NCBI GenBank assembly: GCA_964291475.2
Contig: OZ220066.1
Location: 35,726 to 99,725 of the forward strand
Direction: 5' to 3'
Source of the DNA: Dehalococcoidia bacterium
GTDB lineage: Bacteria; Chloroflexota; Dehalococcoidia; SHYB01
Length of the DNA stretch: 64,000 nt
Position numbers and translations under genes: made by a program. Shown piece by piece: positions 19,429 through 29,244 of the stretch (within the stretch, counting starts at the first letter, position 1; each line of letters starts with the position of its first letter). Under the pieces are notes generated by a model. The model was given only the letters and a program-made list of their open reading frames with translations. It was not told where the DNA came from and made no database searches.

Positions 19429-20307
19429 ATGATCATCGACACCCACTCCCACATCATCGCCCCCGACAAGACGAAATATCCCCTGCAGCCCTACGGGCTC
19501 GACCAGGGGACCGGCGACGACCGCCGCCCGGCCTCCTGGTTCGAGGACGTCCCCGCCAGCGCCGAGCAGCTCTTGGAGGTCATGGACGGCGCCGGCGTCG
19601 ACGGGGCGTTCCTCGTCCAGGCCATGGGCGCCTACTCCTACGACAACGCCTACGTCGTCGACTCGGCGGCGGTCTATCCCAACCGCTTCTCCAGCGTCGT
19701 CATTGTCGACATGGAGGCGCCGGACCCCGCCGGCACGCTCCGCTCCTGGGCGGCGCGCGGCGCGCGGGCCGTGCGGCTCTTCACCATCACCAAGCCGCTC
19801 GCGACGTGGCTCGACGCGCCGAGCTCCTTCGCGGTCTGGGAGACGGCGGCGGAGCTCGGCATGCCCGTCGTCATCGCGATGTTGCCCAACCAGTTGGGGC
19901 AGCTTCGGAATATCCTGCAACGCTACCCGGACATCCCGGTCGCCCTCGACCACTTCGCCTTTCCCAACCTCGAGGGCGGGCCGCCCTACGTGAACGCCCC
20001 GGAGCACTTCGCCCTCGTCGACTTTCCCAACCTGAACCTCAAGGTCTCGTCAAACCTCCTCGAACGGGCCGAGGAAGCCAGCGGCGCGCGGCAGTTCATG
20101 GAGACGCTCGTCGAGCGCTTCGGCTCCGACCGCCTGATGTGGGGCTCCGACTACTCCCAGACGCACGACCGCTCCTACGCGGAGCTGCTGGGGCTCGCGG
20201 AGGAGGCCACCGCCGGCCTCTCCTCCGCCGACCGCGCCGCGTACCTCGGCGGGACGGCGCTCCGCCTCTGGCCCGAGCTCGCCAACAACTCCGGCAAGGG
20301 GGCCTAG
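19429..20307 (+). CDS. Amidohydrolase-2 family protein (lactonase-like)
   Basis: MIIDTHSH, VALDHF, LNLKVS, RLMWGSDY; true start 19429. Confidence 0.9.
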   Translation: MIIDTHSHIIAPDKTKYPLQPYGLDQGTGDDRRPASWFEDVPASAEQLLEVMDGAGVDGAFLVQAMGAYSYDNAYVVDSAAVYPNRFSSVVIVDMEAPDPAGTLRSWAARGARAVRLFTITKPLATWLDAPSSFAVWETAAELGMPVVIAMLPNQLGQLRNILQRYPDIPVALDHFAFPNLEGGPPYVNAPEHFALVDFPNLNLKVSSNLLERAEEASGARQFMETLVERFGSDRLMWGSDYSQTHDRSYAELLGLAEEATAGLSSADRAAYLGGTALRLWPELANNSGKGA

Positions 20308-20316
20308 ACCAACGGC

Positions 20317-22749
20317 ATGAGCACGATCTTCGAGGGTATCCGCGTTCTCGACCTGTCCGAGGGGATGGCGGGCAGCCTCGCCACGATGATCATGGCCGAC
20401 AACGGCGCGGAGGTCATCAAGGCCGAGCGCCCCGGCGGCGACCCCTTCCGGTCGATGCCGGCGTGGATCATGTGGAACCGCGGTAAGCGGGGGATCGTCC
20501 TCGACCTCGACAGCAAAGACGGCCGCGCCCGGCTCGACGACCTCGCGCGCCGCGTCGACGTGCTCGTGGAGAGCGCCCGCAACGCCGACACGGCCCGGCT
20601 CGGCCTCGACCCGGCGCGGCTGGCCGAGATCAACCCCCGCCTCATCCACGCCTCGATCGTCGCCTTCGCCGCCGACGGCGACTACGCCGACCTCCCGCCC
20701 TACGGCCCCATCGTCGAGGCCAAGGGCGGCGTCCCGCTCAAGTTCCAGGTCGAGGTGGGCCGCGACGAGCCGGCGCTGCGCGTGCGCCCCAACGCCTCGT
20801 GGGCCACGGTCAACACGCTCTTGCAAGCCGTCTCCGCCGCCCTCATCGCGCGGGACCGCACCGGGCTCGGACAGCACCTCGAGGCCAGCATGTACGGCTC
20901 GGTCACCGCCTACGACATGTTCAGCTCGGTGCGCCGGCAGGTCGACAAGGGAATGCTCGGGCCCGCGGCGGAACCGCCGGGCCCGGCCCGCGCCGGCGGC
21001 TCGGTCAACTTCCCCTACATGGTCGTCCGCTGCAAGGACGGCCAGTGGCTCCAGATGGCGAACATGGCCGCCCGCCTCTTCCCGCTCTGGATCGACGCCA
21101 TGGGCCTCAGCCACATCTACGACGACCCCCGGTTCGCCGGCGCTCCCTTCGTCTGGAAGGACCTCGGCGACCAAATCCACCTCCACCGCATGATCGTCGA
21201 GGCGATGCTCACCAAGACCGCCGACGAGTGGCTCGACGTCTTCCAGGAGAAGGGCGTGGCCGCCGACAAGATCATCAGCACCCAGCAGGCCATGGACCAT
21301 CCCGTCGTGCTGCACAACGGCGGCGTCGTCGAGATCGACGATCCCGCCGCCGGCGCGACGCAGCAGATCGGCCCGCTGATCAAGTTCGCCGACACGCCGT
21401 CGGTCATCGGCGCGCCCGCGCCGCTGCTCGGCGAGCACGATGCCGAGCCCCTTCCCGACCTGCCTCTCCTTCCGCCGCCGGTCGACGGGGCGACCCCGTC
21501 CGCGCCGCCCCTCGAAGGCATGACCATCCTCGACTTCTCGACGTGGCTCGCCGCGCCGGTGGGCACGACGCTGCTCGCCGGTCTCGGGGCGCGGGTCATC
21601 AAGATCGAGCCGCCCGGCGGCGACGAGTTCCGCCCCATGAGCAACGGCCTCGGCTTCACCTTCCAGGGCAAGGAGAGCGTCGTCATCGACCTCAAGACGG
21701 AGGAGGGCCGCGCCGCGGTGCACAAGCTCGTCGCCAAGGCCGACGCGCTGATGCACAACATGCGGGGCCGGGCCCCCGAGCGGTGCGGCATCGACTACGA
21801 GACGGTGCGCACCATCAACCCCTCGATCATCTACCACTACGCCGGCTCCTACGGCTCGACCGGGCCCGGCGCGGGCCGCGCCGCCTTCCACCCCATCGGC
21901 GGGGCGCTGAGCGGCGGCCAGTGGTGGCAGGTCGGACGGGGCAACGAGCCCCCGCCCAACGACGTCGAGATGGGCGTCGACGAAATTATCGCCCAGGGCG
22001 AACGCCTGCGACGCGCCAACGAGGGCTCCCCCGACGTCACCTCGGCCCTCGCCGTCGGCGCCGCCCTCGCCATGGCCCTCTACCACCGGCAGCGGACCGG
22101 CAAAGGACAGTACCTCGAGACCACGATGGTGATGAGCAACTGCTACATGTGCTCCGACGACTTCATCCGCTACGACGGCAAGCCGCCGCGCCGCGAGCTC
22201 GACCGCGCGCTCCGCGGCACGCACGCCCTGAGCCGCCTCTACCGCGCCAAGGACGGCTGGGTCTTCCTCGAAGCGCCCACCGAGGACGACTGGGACCGCC
22301 TGCGCCGGGCGCTCGACCTGCCCGCCGACCCCCGCTTCGACACCGCGGAAGCCCGCGCCCGCTTCGACGACCAGCTCGTCGCCGATCTCTCCATGCTCTT
22401 CGCCACCCGCGACGCCGATGACTGGGAAGCCGACCTCCGCGCCGCCGGAGTCGCCTGCGTCCGCGCCGACACCGGCGACCAGGAGGAGTTCTTCCTCACC
22501 GACCCAGTCGTCGAGGCGTCCAAGCTCCGCGTCCACCACGAGCATCACGACGGCTGGTCGATGTGGCGTCAAGGGCCCCCGGTCAAGCTCTCCCGGACGC
22601 CGGGCCGCGCCGAAATCGCCGCCCCCTTCGGCTACGACACCGCCTCCGTCCTCCGCGAAGTCGGCTACACCGACGACCACCTCCGCTCCCTCGCCGACCG
22701 CGGCATCGCCCTCTGGCACCCCACCTCACCCAAAACCCCCGCCCCTTGA
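20317..22749 (+). CDS. Family III CoA-transferase (CaiB/BaiF), two fused units
   Basis: Two copies of (IRVLDLS|MTILDFS)...GA(E/R)VIK(A/I)E.PGGD...(RGKR|QGKES)..(L/I)DL. Confidence 0.92.
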   Translation: MSTIFEGIRVLDLSEGMAGSLATMIMADNGAEVIKAERPGGDPFRSMPAWIMWNRGKRGIVLDLDSKDGRARLDDLARRVDVLVESARNADTARLGLDPARLAEINPRLIHASIVAFAADGDYADLPPYGPIVEAKGGVPLKFQVEVGRDEPALRVRPNASWATVNTLLQAVSAALIARDRTGLGQHLEASMYGSVTAYDMFSSVRRQVDKGMLGPAAEPPGPARAGGSVNFPYMVVRCKDGQWLQMANMAARLFPLWIDAMGLSHIYDDPRFAGAPFVWKDLGDQIHLHRMIVEAMLTKTADEWLDVFQEKGVAADKIISTQQAMDHPVVLHNGGVVEIDDPAAGATQQIGPLIKFADTPSVIGAPAPLLGEHDAEPLPDLPLLPPPVDGATPSAPPLEGMTILDFSTWLAAPVGTTLLAGLGARVIKIEPPGGDEFRPMSNGLGFTFQGKESVVIDLKTEEGRAAVHKLVAKADALMHNMRGRAPERCGIDYETVRTINPSIIYHYAGSYGSTGPGAGRAAFHPIGGALSGGQWWQVGRGNEPPPNDVEMGVDEIIAQGERLRRANEGSPDVTSALAVGAALAMALYHRQRTGKGQYLETTMVMSNCYMCSDDFIRYDGKPPRRELDRALRGTHALSRLYRAKDGWVFLEAPTEDDWDRLRRALDLPADPRFDTAEARARFDDQLVADLSMLFATRDADDWEADLRAAGVACVRADTGDQEEFFLTDPVVEASKLRVHHEHHDGWSMWRQGPPVKLSRTPGRAEIAAPFGYDTASVLREVGYTDDHLRSLADRGIALWHPTSPKTPAP

Positions 22750-22762
22750 CCGCCACCTCAAG

Positions 22763-23023
22763 CCTCTCCCCCTCTGGGGGAGACTGAGAGAGGGCCGGCG
22801 GGGAGGTCTTCCCTCTTCTCCCCCCGGGAGAAGATTGAGATGAGGGGCCCCGCGCCAACCACCGCAGGCCATCGGAGTTCACCTTTCCTCCCCGTAGGGG
22901 CAACCCTTGTGGTTGCCCTGGGGTGGGGGCGGGGTCTTCTCCCCTCCCGCCTCTCCCCCTCTGGGGGAGATTTGAGAGAGGGCGCGCGCCGCCAGGCGCG
23001 CGAGCGCCCGCAGGGCGCTGCTC
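22763..23023. repeat. Composite repeat (two hairpin-B, hairpin-C, GTAG-REP, GCGC module)
   Basis: GTAGGGGCAACCCTTGTGGTTGCCC at 22894 plus the shared modules; lies between convergent genes. Confidence 0.85.
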
Positions 23024-23031
23024 CGAAAACC

Positions 23032-24282
23032 CTACTCCCCCGCCAGACTCAGCCCCCTCCCCTCCGCCGGCTTCGGCTGCCGCGCCAGGAACATGGTGAC
23101 CGCGCCGAGCGCCCCCACCACGATGAGGCCGGCGAAGGCGAGGTCGTAGCTGCCGCGAAGGTCGAATACGATGCCGGCGGCGGCGACGCCCGCGAGCCCG
23201 CAGAGCGTCTGCACCGTGATCATGAGACCCGAGATCGTGGCGAAGCTCCGGGTGCCGAAGTAGGTCGCTCGGAGGGCGAACATCGTGCTTCCTCCCGCGC
23301 CCCACGAGAAGGCGTAGACGACCATGAACAGGGCGACCTGCCACAGCTCGTGCGCCCACAGGAGCATCCACATCGATCCCGCGAGCATCAGGGCGATGCC
23401 CGTCGCCACGTACCGGGGATTGAGCCGGTCGATGAGCAGGCCGCCGCCCAACCGGCCCGCGATGCCGAGTAAGCCGCCCAGCCCGATGATCTCGGTCGCC
23501 GTCGCCGAGGTGAGGTCGCGGTCCTCGACCATCGCCGCCACGAAGTGCGTCGTCATGGTCGTGATGATGGCGTTCCGGAAGCCGAACGAGGCGCTCATCA
23601 GCCAGAATGACTTGGTGCGGATGGCCTCCCCGACGGAGAACCCGGTCGCCGCGGCCTGTGGCGCGGCCCCGGGCGGAGCGGCGGCGCCGTCGGGGAGCTG
23701 GCCGTAGTCCTGGGGCCGCGAGCGCATCATCGCGGCGAGGGGTAGGCCGACGGCGATGATGATGATGCCCAGCACGCGCGCCGCCATCCGCCAGTCCGCG
23801 CCCTCGATCAGCGCGTCGACGAAGCGCACCAGCAGCGCCCCCAGGCTCATGCCCGTGCCCGCGATGCCGAAGGCGATGCCGCGGCGCCGGTTGAACCAGC
23901 GGGCGATCGCCGTCAGCGGCGGCGAGATGAGCCCCATCCCGTTGCCGACGGCGACGAACAGGATCCAGAAGACGAAGACGAGGGCGAGCGACTCGGCGAA
24001 GCTGAGCAGGATGAAGCCGAGGCCGCCGAGGAAGATGCCCAGGAACATCACGGGGCGCGGCCCGTACTTGTCGACGAAGTGCCCCTGCAGGGGCCCCAGC
24101 GCCGCCCCCTCCAGCGCGGTGAACGCCGCGATCAGCGAGATCTGCCCGCGCGTGGTGGAGAACTCGGCCTCGAGCGGCAGGAGGAAGACCCCGAAGCCGA
24201 AGGCGATGAACCCCATGCCCATCGCAGCGAGCACCGCCGCCGCGCCGGCGATCCACCAGCCATAAAAGAGTCGGCCCGGCAC
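23032..24282 (-). CDS. MFS transporter (OFA/MCT-like)
   Basis: FYGWWI, VDKYGPR, WFNRRRGIAFG, TYFGTRSFATI. Confidence 0.92.
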   Translation of the reverse strand: MPGRLFYGWWIAGAAAVLAAMGMGFIAFGFGVFLLPLEAEFSTTRGQISLIAAFTALEGAALGPLQGHFVDKYGPRPVMFLGIFLGGLGFILLSFAESLALVFVFWILFVAVGNGMGLISPPLTAIARWFNRRRGIAFGIAGTGMSLGALLVRFVDALIEGADWRMAARVLGIIIIAVGLPLAAMMRSRPQDYGQLPDGAAAPPGAAPQAAATGFSVGEAIRTKSFWLMSASFGFRNAIITTMTTHFVAAMVEDRDLTSATATEIIGLGGLLGIAGRLGGGLLIDRLNPRYVATGIALMLAGSMWMLLWAHELWQVALFMVVYAFSWGAGGSTMFALRATYFGTRSFATISGLMITVQTLCGLAGVAAAGIVFDLRGSYDLAFAGLIVVGALGAVTMFLARQPKPAEGRGLSLAGE

Positions 24283-24297
24283 GTCCGCCGCCGGCCC

Positions 24298-24483
24298 CTA
24301 CCCGAACACGGGGCAGCCTTCTATCGTGGCGGGCGGGCGACCCTGCGTGCAGGGGTGGTCACCGCTGCGCCATTCGTCGCAACGCCTGCTGCACGCCTCG
24401 TCGTGGGCCTTGAGCTTGCCCAGTGCGAAGGTCGTGGGGAATGACCCGCAGCGGATGATGGTTGCGAAGTCAACGAAATTCAT
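24298..24483 (-). CDS. Small Cys-rich hypothetical protein (61 aa)
   Basis: ATG 24483 with GGAG SD, overlapping the helicase stop; 5 Cys. Confidence 0.3.
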   Translation of the reverse strand: MNFVDFATIIRCGSFPTTFALGKLKAHDEACSRRCDEWRSGDHPCTQGRPPATIEGCPVFG

Positions 24484-27400
24484 GGCGTTCTCCCCGCTCC
24501 CTTTCCCACTCCTCCAGGAACTGATACATAGGGGTGCGTCGGCAATTCCCGCACGTCGTCTCCGCGAGGCGCTGCGTCTCCGCCCGTGCCTCGGCCAAAC
24601 CGCACGCCGTGCGCGGCCAGTAGTTCTGCGAGTCGGTGTAGCGCCTCCGGAGGTGCACGGATCTGGGGTTGCTCCCCGAAGGCGGCCTTGTCGAGGCGCC
24701 CCTATTGGTCTTTCCCCGCACCCTCTGAATGACACCCTCAAGAGCAGCGTCAATGCGGGAGCCCCGCCGCTGGAAGCCGAGCTCCTCCCGCATCTCGGCC
24801 ATCAGGTCTTCGTCTGTACGGAGGAGGGTGTCGGAGAGGATCCAACGGGCAAGGGAGGCCAATTCGTGGGAGGAATAATCGGTAATGGGAAAGCCGGGAG
24901 GGACGTTTGGTCGAGGATCACGTGGAGGAGGACCGGATGGAGAATCCAATGCCGCGGATGGCGGGGAAGAACCAGGCGGATGGGACCGGTCGGGCGGATC
25001 AGGGTCATCTCCTTCGTCGGCACGGCGTACCGCCTCCTCCCACGCCTGGACTGCTCGGTCCAGCTCCTCATCCCGGTTCTTGAACCAGGCGGTCGACCAG
25101 ATGCGGTGGAAGCGCCAACCCAGCCCTTCGAGGACCTCCTGCCGAAGGCGGTCCCGGTCTCGGGCGGTGGGTGAGGAGTGATAGGCAGCACCGTCGGCCT
25201 CGATGGCTAGCACCATGCGTCCCGGCTCACGGGGATGGGCGCAGGCAAAGTCAATCCGGTACCCCGCCGCCCCGTATTGGGGCGTGACGGGGACTCCTCG
25301 TGCTTCCAGCCGTTGCAATACGTCCAGCTCAAATGGGTTGAGCGGAGTATCGCTCAGAGGCGTTCCCAACTCGCCGCCACCGGATGCGGCGAACTCCAGA
25401 TACTGCCGCAGAAGCTCCACGCCCCGGGCGCTCGACCGCCCTGGTTCCATGTCATGGTGAGAGAACGAAGAGACGACATGCATTCGGGAGCGTGCTCGCG
25501 TGACAGCGACATTGAGCCGCCGCTCGCCACCTTCTTGGTTGAGTGGTCCGAACCGGTAGGGTAACGACCCATTGGCGGCCTTGTGGTAGCCGACGCTGAG
25601 GATTATGGCGTCCCGCTCGTCGCCCTGCACCCGCTCGATATTCTTGACGAAGAACCGCTCCTCGGCGTCCTCGGAGAAGAACTCGTCCAGCGAGTGGTCG
25701 TTGATCTCGCGGAGGTGCTTGTGCAGCGTCTCTTCGATGTTGTTGGCGTGATGGATTCCGAAGGCAATGACGCCCAGCGATTCGTTGGGGTGGTCGCGAG
25801 CGTGGCCGATGACCAGTTCGACCACCTTCGCCACTTCATCAGGATGGGATCGGGTAGACCGTTGAGGTAGGGGCCGGGAGGGCACGAGGTGGTGAGAAAT
25901 TGGACCGTCGAGGTTGGCCCCCGGGAAGGTGGTGAGTGCCTCACCGTAGAGATTGGTATTGGAAAAGGCGATCAGCCGAGCATCGCGACTGCGGTAGTGC
26001 CAGCGCAGCATTTCTTCACGAATGGGACCGGCCTTCACCACATCCAGGATGGACTCAATGTCGTCGATGAGAGCCGTGTTGGGGTCGTCTTCCTCGCCCT
26101 CGTCCTCGTCATCCTCATCGATTGACTGTCTGCCGAAGAAGGATGTTGGAGGGAGCTGACGGTCGTCCCCCGCGATCACGGCCTGTGGGGCGCGGGCGAG
26201 GCTGCCGACCGCCTCTGCGGGTGGAATCTGTGAGGCTTCATCGAAGATGACCACGTCAAAGAGATCCATGTTGGCCGGGATCATTTCTGCGACCAGCAGC
26301 GGTGACATGGTCCAGCAGGGGCGGATGGCGGTGAGCACGTGCGGAGCCTGCGCGAATAGGCGCCTGATCGGAAGGTGGCGGCGCTTCTTCGCCGCTTCCT
26401 TCTTCACTAGTTGCTCCTCCTCAGGATGCTCATTCATTGCCGCAATGGCGGTAGCCGCCGCAGCACGCTTGATCCGTTGAGGGGTGATCTCCAAGTGGTG
26501 ACGGTCGAGGCCGGCGAACGACACCTGAAGGTTGTCGTGGACACTGCCCGTGAAGCTGGCTAGGTTGGAACTTCCGAATAGCCTGTCGTCCCATATTGAC
26601 TGCAGCCAGACGTATTCGAGGGCGTCGACGGCGTCTTCCGGTGCAATCTCGCCCCCTACCGCAGCAGTGACCTTGCCGATACCGGCATTCTTGAACTTGC
26701 GCTCCAACTCCCGGATCCGCGGCAAGTTTGCCGCAATGTTCTGCTGGGAAGTCATGCGCTGAAGCTTTTGCTCTACATTGGCGCAGGGCTCATGCACCAA
26801 GCCCTCGGAGGAGATTAAGCCCTGAAGTCTACCGAGGCGTTCCTGTAGGGATTCGACCGAGTTCTGGATATACTCCAGGTCCCCTAGCACGTGCGGGGTT
26901 CCCTCGGCGCCCAAATCCCTCCATGCCAGCCAGTGCCGTGCCGCCTCTTCAACTGCGCCCAATGCTTGGGCTGCCGAGAGCTTCGCAGTGGACCGCAGCG
27001 TGGCGCGCACCGTGTCCGCCGCCTCGCGGTAGTCTGACGAAAAGCGTGCGAGCAGCTTCCACCAACTCTTCGAAGGGGCCAGCGCTGCCAAGAGACCAGC
27101 GTGGTCGAGCTCGTAGATGTCGGTTTCAAAGAGGGTGAGCAAGCGCTTGATGTCTGCGAACAGCACCGACAATTCCGCCACGAGCTCAGACCAGTCCACT
27201 ACAGCATCTGGGCAAGCCAAGCCCAGCTTGCCGACGTAGTCAGCAAGCTGTCGGCGCGTCCTAGGGAGGTCGTCCGTTAAGTCCCTCACCAGGTCGAATG
27301 CCGCTTGGGCTTCCTCCGGCGTTGTTGCGGAAAGCCCTGCCCAGTCGGCATAACGGGTTCCAAGATGTGGGCCCTCTAACTGGACCCACTCCCCTACGTG

Positions 27401-28750
27401 CTCTTTGAACCGATCGATCTTCTTCCGGTCCAAGCTCTTTGCTTTCTCTGACTGGAGCCGAAGGTTGGCTTGGGCGGAATTCGGGGTGCCGATCAAGCCA
27501 TTCTGCACATCAAATAGGGTCACGTTCCAAGGGGGCAGGCGCTCATGAAGCGCGTCCTTGTGCACTATCAGCCCCTGGCGGCGCTGCGAGAGTTGTCGGT
27601 GGAGGCTTGCGTGGTCAGGCTCGGGAATTGACCCGATGCTGCGTATCGAGTCGGCCATGCTCTTGGCGAAGTCCCGTTTCGACTGGGTGCCGCCGTGGGT
27701 GTCAAGGACGAGGTCGGAAAGTCCCACGCGCTGGAGCCGCCCGGCCACCATATCGATGGCGGCTCGCTTCTCAGCCACGAACAGGACACGTCTTCCTTGG
27801 GCAATGAGGACGGCGATCAGGTTTGCGATGGTCTGCGACTTTCCGGTACCAGGCGGCCCCCAGATCACCACAGACTCTCCGCCTAAAGCCCGATTGATCG
27901 CCCGGTGTTGGCTTGAATCCGCGTCGAGTACTAGGAACTCCGACTCGGGCGAATCGATGTCAGGTTGGTTTTCGGAGGGGTCACGAATCTTTTCGGTGAG
28001 GGTTTGCCGGGCGTCTTCTACCCCGGCGATAGTGGCCAGCAGATCGTTGTCGGCAATGGCTTCAACGCTCCGGCCGAGGTCGACCACCATTGGCATGTTG
28101 GTGTACCGGAAGTCCCTTGCCACCAGGCGGGGTGCGATGGTCAGGCCGTGCACCTTCGACCATCGACGCATCAATCTCTGCAGAAGGTCCTGGATACCGA
28201 CAAAGGAGTCGGGGATGTCCTCGTCGAGATTGGTTTCCTCTTCCTCGGGGTCGATGCCTTGCTCGGTTCGGAGGACATGCGCCAGCACTGGGTTGAGATG
28301 CGGCTCGCCGGACAGCTCGATCGTGAACTCTCGCCGGCTAATGTCTTCGGGATGCACGGCGAGTTGCAGGAGCAAGACCGGGGCCCTGGGCGTAGTGCCA
28401 CTCTCCACGGTCCACGAAGCCAACCCCGCGGCCGCGAAAAGGGTGTCAATGCCCTTCTCTTCAAGGTGCTCTTGGGCCTTTCGGTGGATTGCGACCAACC
28501 GCTTGCGAGCGTCGGCTTGGGATTCTTCGTCCGGGAATAGGCGGGTTAGCCGAACCGTATTCCCTGCCAAGAGAGAATCCAGGATGCGTGGGTTGACACC
28601 CGATTCTTCGCCGGGCGTCAGGTCTAGTGTCCCAACCCTAAGGTCTCGGTAGTTGAAAAGAGAGTTGCGTCCAGAGACGTCTACCAACTGGTCCTTCCAC
28701 TTTTCTACCGCACGGGTGACCGTCTCTAGGCGTTCGGTTTGGGAATCCAA
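24470..28750 (-). CDS. DUF4011 - SF1 (UPF1-like) helicase - Vsr-like nuclease; Hhe-type anti-phage protein
   Basis: WKDQLVDVSGRNSL (DUF4011), DADSSQ, GPPGTGKSQT, VAEKRAA, FDVVIFDEASQ, GDDRQLPPT, HYRSR, VQGDERD, RRLNVAVTRAR, YRIDFA..AIEADGAAYHS..RDRDRLRQ..LGWRFHRIWS. Likely TTG start at 28750 below TATAAT (28792-28787). Visibly lower GC than the flanks. Confidence 0.85.
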   Translation of the reverse strand: MDSQTERLETVTRAVEKWKDQLVDVSGRNSLFNYRDLRVGTLDLTPGEESGVNPRILDSLLAGNTVRLTRLFPDEESQADARKRLVAIHRKAQEHLEEKGIDTLFAAAGLASWTVESGTTPRAPVLLLQLAVHPEDISRREFTIELSGEPHLNPVLAHVLRTEQGIDPEEEETNLDEDIPDSFVGIQDLLQRLMRRWSKVHGLTIAPRLVARDFRYTNMPMVVDLGRSVEAIADNDLLATIAGVEDARQTLTEKIRDPSENQPDIDSPESEFLVLDADSSQHRAINRALGGESVVIWGPPGTGKSQTIANLIAVLIAQGRRVLFVAEKRAAIDMVAGRLQRVGLSDLVLDTHGGTQSKRDFAKSMADSIRSIGSIPEPDHASLHRQLSQRRQGLIVHKDALHERLPPWNVTLFDVQNGLIGTPNSAQANLRLQSEKAKSLDRKKIDRFKEHVGEWVQLEGPHLGTRYADWAGLSATTPEEAQAAFDLVRDLTDDLPRTRRQLADYVGKLGLACPDAVVDWSELVAELSVLFADIKRLLTLFETDIYELDHAGLLAALAPSKSWWKLLARFSSDYREAADTVRATLRSTAKLSAAQALGAVEEAARHWLAWRDLGAEGTPHVLGDLEYIQNSVESLQERLGRLQGLISSEGLVHEPCANVEQKLQRMTSQQNIAANLPRIRELERKFKNAGIGKVTAAVGGEIAPEDAVDALEYVWLQSIWDDRLFGSSNLASFTGSVHDNLQVSFAGLDRHHLEITPQRIKRAAAATAIAAMNEHPEEEQLVKKEAAKKRRHLPIRRLFAQAPHVLTAIRPCWTMSPLLVAEMIPANMDLFDVVIFDEASQIPPAEAVGSLARAPQAVIAGDDRQLPPTSFFGRQSIDEDDEDEGEEDDPNTALIDDIESILDVVKAGPIREEMLRWHYRSRDARLIAFSNTNLYGEALTTFPGANLDGPISHHLVPSRPLPQRSTRSHPDEVAKVVELVIGHARDHPNESLGVIAFGIHHANNIEETLHKHLREINDHSLDEFFSEDAEERFFVKNIERVQGDERDAIILSVGYHKAANGSLPYRFGPLNQEGGERRLNVAVTRARSRMHVVSSFSHHDMEPGRSSARGVELLRQYLEFAASGGGELGTPLSDTPLNPFELDVLQRLEARGVPVTPQYGAAGYRIDFACAHPREPGRMVLAIEADGAAYHSSPTARDRDRLRQEVLEGLGWRFHRIWSTAWFKNRDEELDRAVQAWEEAVRRADEGDDPDPPDRSHPPGSSPPSAALDSPSGPPPRDPRPNVPPGFPITDYSSHELASLARWILSDTLLRTDEDLMAEMREELGFQRRGSRIDAALEGVIQRVRGKTNRGASTRPPSGSNPRSVHLRRRYTDSQNYWPRTACGLAEARAETQRLAETTCGNCRRTPMYQFLEEWERERGERHEFR

Positions 28751-28991
28751 GGCGTCGTATCTTCTTTCCAAATTGATCCAGCCGCCATTATACGGACGAG
28801 GAGATGGGAAGGGCCGGCGGTTCGCGAGCTTCGCTTGGCGTACCCCACGCCGGCCCGCAAACCCGCGCAACACGTGGCGAGGATGCGTCCGATGGTGGCC
28901 AAGCGGCGGTCGTCTCGCGGGCGAAACGTGGGGAATCGTGACCGTGATGGGGAGGAAAAGGCGTCTTTTGGGCGCCCGCGCCCCCGCCGGG

Positions 28992-29110
28992 CGCTCACGA
29001 CGCTCACGAACGCTCACGACCAAACCTGGTGGGCGTTCACCAACGCTCATGAGCGCTCACGAACCAAACCTGGTGGAACGCTCATGGCGCTCACCAACGC
29101 GCACAACGTC
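28992..29110. repeat. Short tandem repeat tract (CGCTCAC-based units, CCAAACCTGGTGG twice)
   Basis: cgctcacga/cgctcacgaa/cgctcacga-ccaaacctggtgg-...-cgctcatga-gcgctcacgaa-ccaaacctggtgg-aacgctcatgg-cgctcacca. Confidence 0.75.
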
Positions 29111-29244
29111 CGCGCCCGGAGGCCGCTCAAGCGCCAAAGACCCGCTCGCGCTTAGCGGGCGGCGGGCCGGAGCAGGCCGCGGGGCAGTGGACGCGGCCCG
29201 CGCGCGTGGCTACCCTAGCCGCGATACCCGGTCGAGGAGGCGTC

